A stretch of 55,502 nt of DNA from Lachnospiraceae bacterium (GCA_017634315.1 JAGBNR010000142.1:1-55502); one strand, 5' to 3'; positions 29,190-38,468 are shown, numbered from the stretch's first letter. Notes: generated by a model from the letters alone, not told the origin. Made by a program: numbers and translations.

Positions 29190-29335
29190 CTGACGGGCAC
29201 GCTTTGGCTCGCTATGCGAGGCAGTGCCCCGGGGCTTGGAGGCAAGAGAAAGATAGGCTGACTGACGGGCACGCTTTGGCTCGCTATGCGAGGCAGTGCC
29301 CCGGGGCTTAAAGGCAAGAGAAAGATAGGCTGACT
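29170..29335 (+). repeat. CCAGTGG-apex palindrome followed by two 72-bp tandem repeats
   Basis: GTCAGTCAGCC-AGT-GGCTGACTGAC at 29170-29194; units start at 29184, 29256 and (8-nt partial) 29328; the two full units differ at 2 nt. Confidence 0.92.
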
Positions 29336-29358
29336 TTTAAGGGATTTAAGTAAGAAAA

Positions 29359-30486
29359 ATGGTTGAACTGGACAATTTAAAACTTGATATCAAGGGATAT
29401 GAAGAGCCGCTTGCGGAGCTTAAAGCATCGCTTGACCTCGAGAGCAAGAAGAATCGTATCGCCGAGCTGTCCCGTCTTATGGAGGAACCCGGGTTTTGGG
29501 ATGATCCCGAAAAGAGCCAGAAGGATTCACAGCTTCTGGGGGATCTGAGGAATGATGTAAACGGGTTTAACGAGCTTGAGGCAAAATATACGGATATGCT
29601 TGAGCTCATAGATATGGCAAACGAAGAAAATGACGAGAGCATGGTGGGTGAGATAAAGGCCGACTATGAAGACTTCAAACAGAAATATGAAGAGATGAAG
29701 ACTGCCACCCTGCTGTCTGAAAAGTATGATGATGCCAACGCGATCATAAATATAAATGCGGGAGCAGGCGGTACGGAATCATGTGACTGGGCCTCCATGC
29801 TTTACCGTATGTACGGGAAATGGGCGGACAGGCACGGTTTTAAGATAGATGAGCTCGATATGCTGCCCGGAGATGAGGCCGGAATAAAGTCCGTGGAGTT
29901 TCAGGTGAACGGACTGAATGCATATGGATTTTTGAAATCCGAAAAGGGGGTGCACCGGCTGGTGCGCATATCTCCCTTTAACGCTCAGGGTAAGAGGCAG
30001 ACCTCGTTTGTGTCAGTGGATGTGATGCCTGATATAGAAGAAGATATCGATATCGATATAAAGCCGGATGATATAAGGGTAGATACCTACAGATCCTCGG
30101 GAGCCGGCGGACAGCATATCAATAAGACCTCATCCGCCATACGTATCACTCATTTCCCTACGGGTATTGTCGTAACCTGCCAGAATGAGAGAAGCCAGTT
30201 CCAGAATAAGGATAAGGCGATGCAGATATTGAAATCAAAGCTGTACATGCTTGCAAAGGAGAATAATGCCGAAAAGCTCTCTGAGATAAGGGGAGAGGTG
30301 AAGGATAATGCGTGGGGCTCACAGATTCGCTCATATTTCCTGCAGCCCTACCAGCTCGTCAAGGATCTGCGCACTGAGTGTGAGATAGCACAGGCGGATT
30401 CCGTGCTTGACGGTAATATAGATCCTTTTATAAATGCTTATCTTAAGTGGAGCGCAACTAAGCGTATTCCTTCGGGGAACGCATAG
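29359..30486 (+). CDS. prfB: Peptide chain release factor 2, encoded without a frameshift
   Basis: SPF motif (VRISPFN), GAGGQH, WGSQIRSY; continuous ORF; follows secA. Confidence 0.97.
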   Translation: MVELDNLKLDIKGYEEPLAELKASLDLESKKNRIAELSRLMEEPGFWDDPEKSQKDSQLLGDLRNDVNGFNELEAKYTDMLELIDMANEENDESMVGEIKADYEDFKQKYEEMKTATLLSEKYDDANAIININAGAGGTESCDWASMLYRMYGKWADRHGFKIDELDMLPGDEAGIKSVEFQVNGLNAYGFLKSEKGVHRLVRISPFNAQGKRQTSFVSVDVMPDIEEDIDIDIKPDDIRVDTYRSSGAGGQHINKTSSAIRITHFPTGIVVTCQNERSQFQNKDKAMQILKSKLYMLAKENNAEKLSEIRGEVKDNAWGSQIRSYFLQPYQLVKDLRTECEIAQADSVLDGNIDPFINAYLKWSATKRIPSGNA

Positions 30487-30689
30487 CTGATGCATCTGCC
30501 AATGTAGCAGACGCAATAAACATTCGCTCCCGGCATGCCGGTCTGTGCCATGTGCGAATAGCACGCATAAACGGCATTCAAAACAGATAACCATCGGTGA
30601 AAACCGTTGCGATTTACAGTAAGAGGGGCTGTGAAAAGTAACACCGGATACACAGGTAGTAATAATAAAAGCAAGAAAGAGGAACGGAA

Positions 30690-31910
30690 ATGATAAAGGC
30701 GGCGGTACTTGGCTACGGCACCGTAGGCAGCGGCGTATATAATGTCATCAGGGAGAACAGGGAGCTCATCAATGAAAGAGCGGGACAGGAGATAGAGATC
30801 AAATATGTGCTTGATCTGAGGAAATTTCCCGGTGATCCTGTTGAAAAGGTATTGACCGACAGTTTTGATGACATAGTGAATGATCCTGAAGTAAAGATCG
30901 TGGTAGAGGTCATGGGAGGAACAGGTGCCGCATACGAATTCACAAAGCGCAGTCTTGAGGCCGGAAAGAATGTATGCACCTCAAATAAGGAGCTGGTCGC
31001 AGAGCATGGTCTGGAGCTCATGAGTATAGCCAGAGAGAACGAAGTCAATTATTTCTTTGAGGCAAGCTGCGGAGGAGGCATCCCTATCATAAGGGCGATC
31101 AATGACTGTCTTACCGCTGATGCCATAGATCAGATCACGGGTATACTTAACGGAACCACCAATTTTATCCTTACCGAGATGACTCAAAAGGACGGAGTGA
31201 GCTTCAGCAAGGTGCTGAAGCAGGCGCAGGAGAACGGATTTGCTGAAAGAGATCCGAGTGCCGACATAGATGCATATGATCCTGCCAGAAAGATAGCGAT
31301 ACTTTCATCGATCATCTTCGGGAGCTCCGTTGATTATAAAGATGTATATACCGAGGGCATAAGAAAGATAAGCGCGGAAGATATACGCTATGCCTCCACG
31401 CTTGGATATGCCGTAAAGCTTCTTGCGGAGGCGAAGAAGACAGGTGACGGGATAAGGGTATATGTGGCACCTTTCCTGCTGGCGGAGGACCATCCGCTGT
31501 ATCCTGTAAACGGCGTAATGAATGCAGTATATGTACATGGTAATATGCTTGGTGATGCTGTATTCACCGGAGCCGGAGCCGGCTCACTGCCTACCGCGTC
31601 GGCGGTGGTGGCTGATGTGATAGACGCTGCGAGACACGACGGTAAGAGGGCATATTGCGGATGGAAGCATGACGAAAAGCTCGCTCTGGCATCAAATGAC
31701 AGCATAAAGAGAAGGTTTTTGGTGCGGATCTACACGGAGGATCAGGCTGATGCGAATAAGGTCTTTGCACCGGACGGATTTCTTGATACCGTATCGGTCG
31801 GTGAGCTGGAGGATGAGGTGGCTTTTATCACCGGAGAGATGACAGAGCAGGAATTTGCCGCTAAGTATAAGGAATTTGGGAAAGCAATTAGCAGGTTAAG
31901 GTTTTACTGA
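30690..31910 (+). CDS. hom: Homoserine dehydrogenase
   Basis: LGYGTVG, SNKE, EASCGGGIP, GILNGTTN, GAGAG..PTASAV. Confidence 0.96.
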   Translation: MIKAAVLGYGTVGSGVYNVIRENRELINERAGQEIEIKYVLDLRKFPGDPVEKVLTDSFDDIVNDPEVKIVVEVMGGTGAAYEFTKRSLEAGKNVCTSNKELVAEHGLELMSIARENEVNYFFEASCGGGIPIIRAINDCLTADAIDQITGILNGTTNFILTEMTQKDGVSFSKVLKQAQENGFAERDPSADIDAYDPARKIAILSSIIFGSSVDYKDVYTEGIRKISAEDIRYASTLGYAVKLLAEAKKTGDGIRVYVAPFLLAEDHPLYPVNGVMNAVYVHGNMLGDAVFTGAGAGSLPTASAVVADVIDAARHDGKRAYCGWKHDEKLALASNDSIKRRFLVRIYTEDQADANKVFAPDGFLDTVSVGELEDEVAFITGEMTEQEFAAKYKEFGKAISRLRFY

Positions 31911-31912
31911 AT

Positions 31913-34189
31913 ATGAAAAACAAAGTAGTATTTTTGACTGTGGTATTGGCTGAGCTCCTTTTTCTTCTGACGGGTATTGCTACAGTCGTGAATGCTGACA
32001 GAATGAATGTACAATTCCTGGGGGACGAACTGTCAGTGCTCCGGGCACAGGCTGCGTCAGAAGAGGGATTTGCAGCAGTTTCGGACTCCGGATTCGATAC
32101 CGTTCTGGTAGAAACACCACAGATAAATCTTCATACAAAAGGCATATATGGAATAAGCGTATATTATGAGTCGGATTCTGAGGGATTGACTACATCAGTG
32201 AGAAGCCCTGAGGACAACAGACTTGTGGGAGTGGATAACATACGTCTCCAGCACAGCAGCGGAAGCTATACCTATGACATATACACCAAAACACAGGATG
32301 TACCGGTAAAGGCGTATATGTTTATGAATACCGGGGACGAGGATGAGTATCTCAATGTCAGATCCGTAAACGTAGATTTCAAAAAAGGTCATACTCTTTT
32401 ATATATTCTTACTTCCTTCTTTTTGATCTTTATGCCTCTTGATATTCTTATGGCAGTATTTCTTTTCAGGAAAGAAGCACTGAAGTCATTTTTAAGAAAA
32501 AACGGAGATATTATCATAGCAGCAGGAGTGGTGACCGCTGTTGCATCGATCCCGCTGATGCTGGATTATATTCCCGATGCGGATGATCTTGAATTCAGCG
32601 TAATGCGGATACAGGGTATAGCTGACGGACTCGGCAGCGGTTATTTTCCGGTCAGGATACATCCGACATGGTTTAATGACTTTGGATATGCAGTAGGTGT
32701 GTACTACGGACAGGTGCTGCTGTATCCCTTTGCCATCCTGAGACTCTGCGGGCTGCCAATGGGAACCGTATACAGGCTGTATGTCGTTTTTCTTAACCTC
32801 GCCACATTCTTTATAGCATATTTCTCGGTAAAGAAGATTACCTCAAATAAAAACATAGCAGTATGCTCCGCGGCATTTTATACGATGGCACTTTACAGAC
32901 TCATCGATATACACAGGAGATCGGCTATGGGAGAGACCGGTGCTTTGACTTTTCTGCCGCTGATAGTGCTTGGTCTGGCCATGATATACGACATGACTGA
33001 CAAGGCAGATGACAGTAAAAAGGGATGGATATACCTTGCACTCGGAGTGACCGGTGTCCTGAACTCTCACAACCTGACAACGTTTATGCTGGTTATAATG
33101 TGTATACTGTTTGCGCTGATAAACCTTAAAAAAACCATGCAGAAAAATACACTTTTCGATCTGTTGAAAGCGATAGCACTGACGGTGATCCTAAATGCGT
33201 TTTATATAGTGCCTTTTCTGGACTACTCGCTAAAGCTGAGGATAAAGCTTAATTCTGCGGAAAAGAATCTGGCATCAAAGGCAGCATATCTGCCGCAGGT
33301 TTTCTCACAGGCATATAGTGTGAGCGGTCATAACGGAGAATACACTCCGATCGGCAATCTGCCTTTATCAATCGGTGTTTCAGCTCTCTTTATCATTACT
33401 GCCTTGTTGCTGCTGCTATGGAAGCACGGCTTCGGGAAATACAAACGGGCTGTGCTGACAGCTTTGGCACTTTTTATTATCTCCGTGATATTGACTACCG
33501 GGATTTTCCCGTATGAAACGATAGCACGCGAGTACGGCGCAGTGTATGATGTGCTGCAAAAGATCCAGTATCCGTGGAGATTTCTTGTGTTTGATACACT
33601 GTTTATCACCTGCATTTTTATCATTACAATGGTAATGGCGGATTCGTGCTACGGGAAAAGGATAATGCTTTTATATGCTCTGTTTATCATTGCATTGTCT
33701 GCTGTACAGGGTAAATATATGCTGGATGACATCGTCAACCAAAAGTCGGGTCCGGCACTATACAGCGCAATTGATACATATTGGGCAGCTGTAGAGTATA
33801 TTCCCGACAATACTGATATGGAAGAATTGTTTGACAAGGAGCTGCTGACATCCGGAGACGGTGTCATGGCCGCAAATATAGAGCGGGACGGGGTAAACAC
33901 ATCTGTGGATGTGAGCAATATGACAAATGAAACGGGATATGTGCAGCTTCCTCTGCTGTGCTACCCGTATTACAGGGCAATAGACGATGCGGGAAACGGA
34001 CTGGATGTCATCGCAGGGGACTATCATAAGCTTTGCTTTGCAGTGCCTGCAGGATACAGTGGGAAAGTGAACGTGGATTTTAGGGAACCCGTTAGCTGGA
34101 GACTGGCTGAGCTTGTCTCGCTTGCAGGATTCATTATTCTTGCAGTCTGCAGTTTAAAAACAAGTGTTTGCATTAGAACGGAAAACTGA
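31913..34189 (+). CDS. Multi-pass membrane protein, YfhO/PTPS-related (GT-C-like)
   Basis: Many hydrophobic segments; DDLEF..RI.G, R.AMGE, IQYPWRFL, LPLL.YP.Y, C-terminal TM helix. Confidence 0.8.
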   Translation: MKNKVVFLTVVLAELLFLLTGIATVVNADRMNVQFLGDELSVLRAQAASEEGFAAVSDSGFDTVLVETPQINLHTKGIYGISVYYESDSEGLTTSVRSPEDNRLVGVDNIRLQHSSGSYTYDIYTKTQDVPVKAYMFMNTGDEDEYLNVRSVNVDFKKGHTLLYILTSFFLIFMPLDILMAVFLFRKEALKSFLRKNGDIIIAAGVVTAVASIPLMLDYIPDADDLEFSVMRIQGIADGLGSGYFPVRIHPTWFNDFGYAVGVYYGQVLLYPFAILRLCGLPMGTVYRLYVVFLNLATFFIAYFSVKKITSNKNIAVCSAAFYTMALYRLIDIHRRSAMGETGALTFLPLIVLGLAMIYDMTDKADDSKKGWIYLALGVTGVLNSHNLTTFMLVIMCILFALINLKKTMQKNTLFDLLKAIALTVILNAFYIVPFLDYSLKLRIKLNSAEKNLASKAAYLPQVFSQAYSVSGHNGEYTPIGNLPLSIGVSALFIITALLLLLWKHGFGKYKRAVLTALALFIISVILTTGIFPYETIAREYGAVYDVLQKIQYPWRFLVFDTLFITCIFIITMVMADSCYGKRIMLLYALFIIALSAVQGKYMLDDIVNQKSGPALYSAIDTYWAAVEYIPDNTDMEELFDKELLTSGDGVMAANIERDGVNTSVDVSNMTNETGYVQLPLLCYPYYRAIDDAGNGLDVIAGDYHKLCFAVPAGYSGKVNVDFREPVSWRLAELVSLAGFIILAVCSLKTSVCIRTEN

Positions 34190-34195
34190 TATAAT
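34168..34195 (+). promoter_or_regulatory. Sigma-A-like promoter
   Basis: TTGCAT-16-TATAAT with TG extension. Confidence 0.5.
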
Positions 34196-34239
34196 CTAAA
34201 TGTAGGTTTTACTTTCCTTGTCTGAAGGGCGGTGAAAGA

Positions 34240-34779
34240 ATGATAAGTCCTATAAGTGGGTACGGATCATACGGAGTATGGGGCATGGGACCCGGTATGA
34301 GCACGGCGACAGGCACCGGAGCAGAGGGTGCGGTCGGTGCTGTTTCTGCGTCCGAAGATACCAAGCCGGTAGTGAATCCCGGCGAGTCTCAGGAAGTAAA
34401 GCCCGGCAAGAGAGTCTCGCCTGCAGAGTGTGAGACGTGCAAGGAGAGGAAATATCAGGATGGATCTGATGAGATGGTCTCATTTAAGACCGCACAGCAT
34501 ATCTCTCCTACAGAGGCAGGCACAAAGGTACGGGCACATGAGCAGGAGCATGTGGCAAACGCTTATGAGAAGGCCGCAAAGGACGGCGGCAAGGTGCTGC
34601 AGGCATCGGTGTCGATACATACCGCTATATGTCCGGAGTGTGGCAGGACGTATATCTCCGGAGGAGAGACAAATACCAAGATAGAGTACAGCCATGAAGA
34701 GGAGAGTCCATATATGAAAGCAAGGAAGAAGATGGACGCCCAGATGCTCCCCGGCATGAACCTGGATATAAGTGCGTAA
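34240..34779 (+). CDS. Hypothetical protein, SprA-related-like, with HExxH and two CxxC motifs
   Basis: VRAHEQEH, CETC, CPEC, C-terminal GMNLDISA. Confidence 0.75.
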   Translation: MISPISGYGSYGVWGMGPGMSTATGTGAEGAVGAVSASEDTKPVVNPGESQEVKPGKRVSPAECETCKERKYQDGSDEMVSFKTAQHISPTEAGTKVRAHEQEHVANAYEKAAKDGGKVLQASVSIHTAICPECGRTYISGGETNTKIEYSHEEESPYMKARKKMDAQMLPGMNLDISA

Positions 34780-34917
34780 ATGAGTAAATATATGCCGAGA
34801 AAATACGATGTTTTCGAGGCAGATAATATATGTATTAAACAGTTAGTATACGCATAGCAGTATCCTGAGCTTGGTAAAGGGAAGAGCGGCAAAGCGTATA
34901 TGTACTAAAAATAAATA

Positions 34918-35066
34918 AAATACTTCGGGGCGGGGTGAGAGTCCCCACCGGCGGTCATAGTCCGCGAGCGAAGCCCGTTAAACGGCAGAGCATGAGCCGG
35001 CGAAATTCCGGCACCGACAGTGTCCGATACAATTTTGGTATCGCAAGTCTGGATGAGAGAAGATAA
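34918..35066 (+). ncRNA. FMN riboswitch (RFN element)
   Basis: CTTCGGGGCGGGGTGAGAGTCCCCACCGGCGGT..AGTCCGCGA..CCGGCGAAATTCCGGCACCGACAGT..AGTCTGGATGAGAGAAG, upstream of ribU. Confidence 0.96.
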
Positions 35067-35095
35067 AATATGCTTATGGCATTTTTTGCGTGCAT

Positions 35096-35124
35096 AAAAG
35101 CCCCGGTTTGATCCGGGGTTTTTA
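35096..35124 (+). terminator. Riboswitch expression-platform terminator
   Basis: GCCCCGG-TTTGAT-CCGGGGT followed by a T-run. Confidence 0.85.
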
Positions 35125-35170
35125 ATATTTTAAAGAAATAACTGTTCGTAACAGTCTGAAAGGAGACATC

Positions 35171-35758
35171 ATGAAAAACAACAGGATCAGAAAACTCACA
35201 GGGACGGCAATGCTGTCGGCGGTAGCTTATATATTAATGTTTCTTGAATTCCCGATACCGTTTCTGATACCGCCCTTTATAAAGATGGATTTCTCTGAGC
35301 TCCCTGCGCTCATAGCCGGATTTGCATACGGACCGCTGTCAGGTGTGGCTGTTTGTCTCATCAAGAACCTGCTTCATCTTATGAACACGCAGACCGGAGG
35401 AGTGGGAGAGCTGGCAAACTTTCTGCTTGGAGCGAGCTTTGTGCTGACAGCGGCACTTGTATACAGGAAGCTGCATACCAAAAAGGGGGCTCTTATCGGA
35501 TCGGTGCTGGGAACAGTGATAATGGGGATAATTTCGCTGTTTTCAAATTACTATATAGTCTATCCGATATACACCAACTTTATGCCTATGGAGGCGATCA
35601 TAGGGGCTTATCAGCTGATAGTTCCTTCGGTTGATGATCTGTGGCAATGTCTGCTGATATTCAATCTTCCGTTTACCATATGCAAGGGACTCTGCTCCGC
35701 GCTCATAACCATGCTTGTCTACAAGCCGCTGAGAGGTATATTAAAAGGGCAGGCATAA
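35171..35758 (+). CDS. ribU: ECF transporter S component for riboflavin
   Basis: LEFPIP..P.FIKMDFSELP, IKNLL, VGELANF; controlled by the FMN riboswitch. Confidence 0.92.
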   Translation: MKNNRIRKLTGTAMLSAVAYILMFLEFPIPFLIPPFIKMDFSELPALIAGFAYGPLSGVAVCLIKNLLHLMNTQTGGVGELANFLLGASFVLTAALVYRKLHTKKGALIGSVLGTVIMGIISLFSNYYIVYPIYTNFMPMEAIIGAYQLIVPSVDDLWQCLLIFNLPFTICKGLCSALITMLVYKPLRGILKGQA

Positions 35759-35790
35759 GGCTGAAAAGAGTGCGTTTCAAGTTAATGTTC

Positions 35791-35824
35791 AAGGTTCGGT
35801 GCGTTTGACACCGGACCTTATTTA
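35791..35824 (+). terminator. Probable terminator after ribU
   Basis: AAGGTTCGGTG...CACCGGACCTT then ATTTA. Confidence 0.55.
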
Positions 35825-35841
35825 TTAGAGAATAAATTGTC

Positions 35842-36309
35842 ATGAAAAATGCAGTGATGACAATTGAAACGGATTCTGCCGGGGAGACCTATGAAGTCGC
35901 AAGGCGAATAGCGGGAAAGGCACTTTCAGGAGCAGTATATGCTCTTACCGGAGATCTGGGTACCGGCAAGACAGTATTTGCAAAGGGATTTGCCGCCGGG
36001 CTTGGCATAAGGGAGCACGTTAACTCACCGACATTCACTATACTTCAGCAGTATGATGACGGTAGAATGCCGTTTTATCATTTCGATGTGTATCGCATAG
36101 GGGATGTATCCGAGATGGATGAGACCGGATATGAGGACTGTTTTTACGGAGACGGTGTTACACTGGTGGAATGGGCCGATCTGATAGAAGAGGTCATGCC
36201 TGCTCGCGCCGTTTGGATCAGAATAGAAAAAGATCCGGAGAGGGGCTTTGATTATCGCAGGATAACGATTGATGATCCCGATCAAAATGACATGAAGGAG
36301 GCATACTGA
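35842..36309 (+). CDS. tsaE: t6A biosynthesis ATPase TsaE
   Basis: GDLGTGKT, SPTF, HFDVYR, VEW. Confidence 0.96.
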   Translation: MKNAVMTIETDSAGETYEVARRIAGKALSGAVYALTGDLGTGKTVFAKGFAAGLGIREHVNSPTFTILQQYDDGRMPFYHFDVYRIGDVSEMDETGYEDCFYGDGVTLVEWADLIEEVMPARAVWIRIEKDPERGFDYRRITIDDPDQNDMKEAY

Positions 36310-36311
36310 CG

Positions 36312-37094
36312 GTGAACATACTGGCAATCGACTCTTCGGGACTCTCTGCCTCGGTTGCAGTGCTGTCGGATGAAGTGATAAAGGCCGAGTTCAGTGTATG
36401 CAATAAGCTGACGCATTCGGAAACGCTCATGCCGATGATAGATGCCGTGATATCGTCCTCCGGTGTCGCGTTGAATGAAATGGATGCGGTAGCGGTGGCA
36501 GAGGGACCCGGGTCATTTACCGGGCTCAGGATAGGCGCAGCTACAGCCAAGGGACTAGCCGAGGCGGTACATAAGCCCGTGATAGGTATACCTACGGTAG
36601 ACGGACTGGCACAGAACATGGCTTGCCATGATGGTCTCATAGTGCCGCTCATGGATGCCAGAAGAAATGAGACCTATACCGGCATATATACGTTTGAAGG
36701 AGACAGGCTCAAGGTGCTCAGGGAGCAATGCGCGGTTCCGCTTGAGGATATACTGGAAGATGTAAACCGCAGAAATACCGCGACAGTTTTTCTCGGAGAC
36801 GGCATAAAGGTGTATAAGGAGCAGATAGAGGAAAAATGCGTGGTACCGCATCTGTATGCGCCGGCATCCCTTAGACTGCAGAGAGCTTCGAGCGTGGCTG
36901 TACTTGCGGCGCAGTACTTTATGAATAGAAGAATGACAGACCCGGCAGCCTTTGCTCCGGTGTATCTGAGGGTGTCCCAGGCAGAAAGGCAGGGTGCCGC
37001 AGCAGTTACGCCGGAAGAAAAGAGGGCGATGGCGGCAGGGCATGTTCCCGTACAGGCAGCGGGTGATCCGACAGAGGACAGTAACGAGAAATGA
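36312..37094 (+). CDS. tsaB: t6A biosynthesis protein TsaB
   Basis: ILAIDSS, HSETL, GPGSFTGLRIG, DARR, PVYLR; GTG start. Confidence 0.96.
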   Translation: MNILAIDSSGLSASVAVLSDEVIKAEFSVCNKLTHSETLMPMIDAVISSSGVALNEMDAVAVAEGPGSFTGLRIGAATAKGLAEAVHKPVIGIPTVDGLAQNMACHDGLIVPLMDARRNETYTGIYTFEGDRLKVLREQCAVPLEDILEDVNRRNTATVFLGDGIKVYKEQIEEKCVVPHLYAPASLRLQRASSVAVLAAQYFMNRRMTDPAAFAPVYLRVSQAERQGAAAVTPEEKRAMAAGHVPVQAAGDPTEDSNEK

Positions 37095-37561
37095 TCAGCT
37101 ATGAGCATATGAAAATGACTGACTGCAAAAGAGTGGCCGCGATGGAAAAGGCCATCTTCGGACATGATGCCTGGACAGAGGAGGACTTTCGGGAATCCCT
37201 TTGCTGCGACTACGCAGTATATGTTGTGGCGAGAGCCATAGAGGATGAAGCCGACGACCGCATGGCGGTAGCCTGTGCAGGAGTGAGAAACATGTGCGGG
37301 GACGGAGACATCACGAATGTCATGGTGGATGAAGGGTACAGACGACAGGGTATAGCAGAGGGACTGCTGGAGTATCTCTTTGAAGAGGGCAGAAAAATAG
37401 GAGTCAGAAGTTTTACGCTTGAGGTTCGCTGCTCCAATACGGCGGCTATAAAGCTGTATGAAAAGCTGGGCTTTGTCTCGGAGGGGATCAGACCGGGATT
37501 TTACGATGCACCCAAAGAGGATGCGGTAATCTTTTGGAAGAGGGAAGTATCGGATGTTTGA
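37091..37561 (+). CDS. rimI: Ribosomal protein S18 N-acetyltransferase
   Basis: ITNVMV..YRRQGIA, TLEVR.SN..A..LY.K.GF, R..FY..P.EDA. Confidence 0.92.
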   Translation: MISYEHMKMTDCKRVAAMEKAIFGHDAWTEEDFRESLCCDYAVYVVARAIEDEADDRMAVACAGVRNMCGDGDITNVMVDEGYRRQGIAEGLLEYLFEEGRKIGVRSFTLEVRCSNTAAIKLYEKLGFVSEGIRPGFYDAPKEDAVIFWKREVSDV

Positions 37562-38468
37562 TATAACACTGCTGGGGACAGGAGGGATGATGCCGCTGCC
37601 ATACAGATATCTTACAAGTCTGATGGCACGCTATGGCGGTAACGGAATACTGATCGACTGTGGCGAGGCGACTCAGTGTGCGATGAGAAAAAAAGCTATT
37701 TCGCCGAAGGGGATAGACGCGATCCTGTTTACGCACTTTCATGCCGATCATATAAGCGGACTGCCGGGGATGCTGCTGTCCATGGCAAATTCGGACAGGG
37801 AGGAGCCGGTACTGTTCGCCGGACCAAAAGGGCTGGAGAGAGTCGTCAGGTCGCTGCTCGTCATAGCACAGGGTCTGCCGTTCGAACTCAGGTTTTATGA
37901 ATATGAGAATACCTGCGAGGAGTTTGATGTATACGGAATGCATGTGAAGGCCTTCAGAGTCAATCATAATGTGACCTGTTACGGATACGTGGTAAGCATA
38001 TCAAGAGCAGGCAGATTTAATGCGGATGAAGCAAAGCGTCTCGGCATCCCGCTGCAGCTCTGGAACCCTCTGCAAAAGGGCAATACCTGTACGGACGAGG
38101 AGGGGAATGTCTATACACCCGATATGGTGATGGGAGAGGAAAGAAAGGGACTGAAGGTGACTTATGTCACGGATACAAGACCTACAAAGTCAATAGCGGA
38201 GCATGCCGCAGGCTCTGATTTATTTATATGTGAAGGCATGTACGGAGATCCGCATAATGCGGATAAGGCAAAAGATAAAAAACACATGATGTTTACCGAG
38301 GCGGCACAGCTTGCAAAAGAGGCAGGTGTGAAGGAGCTGTGGCTCACACACTACAGCCCGTCCCTGACAGATCCGCGAGAATATCTGCATCTTGCCAGAG
38401 AAGTATTTGCGGATACGGTCGCAGCCAGAGACGGCAGGACAAAGGAGCTGAAATATGAAGAAGAATAA
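37554..38468 (+). CDS. rnz: Ribonuclease Z
   Basis: LLGTGG..P, IDCGE, THFHADH, DTRP, LTHYS. Confidence 0.95.
   Translation: MFDITLLGTGGMMPLPYRYLTSLMARYGGNGILIDCGEATQCAMRKKAISPKGIDAILFTHFHADHISGLPGMLLSMANSDREEPVLFAGPKGLERVVRSLLVIAQGLPFELRFYEYENTCEEFDVYGMHVKAFRVNHNVTCYGYVVSISRAGRFNADEAKRLGIPLQLWNPLQKGNTCTDEEGNVYTPDMVMGEERKGLKVTYVTDTRPTKSIAEHAAGSDLFICEGMYGDPHNADKAKDKKHMMFTEAAQLAKEAGVKELWLTHYSPSLTDPREYLHLAREVFADTVAARDGRTKELKYEEE

Noticed and set aside
29184-29335. CRISPR array
   Set aside because: Whole units are duplicated with no unique spacer
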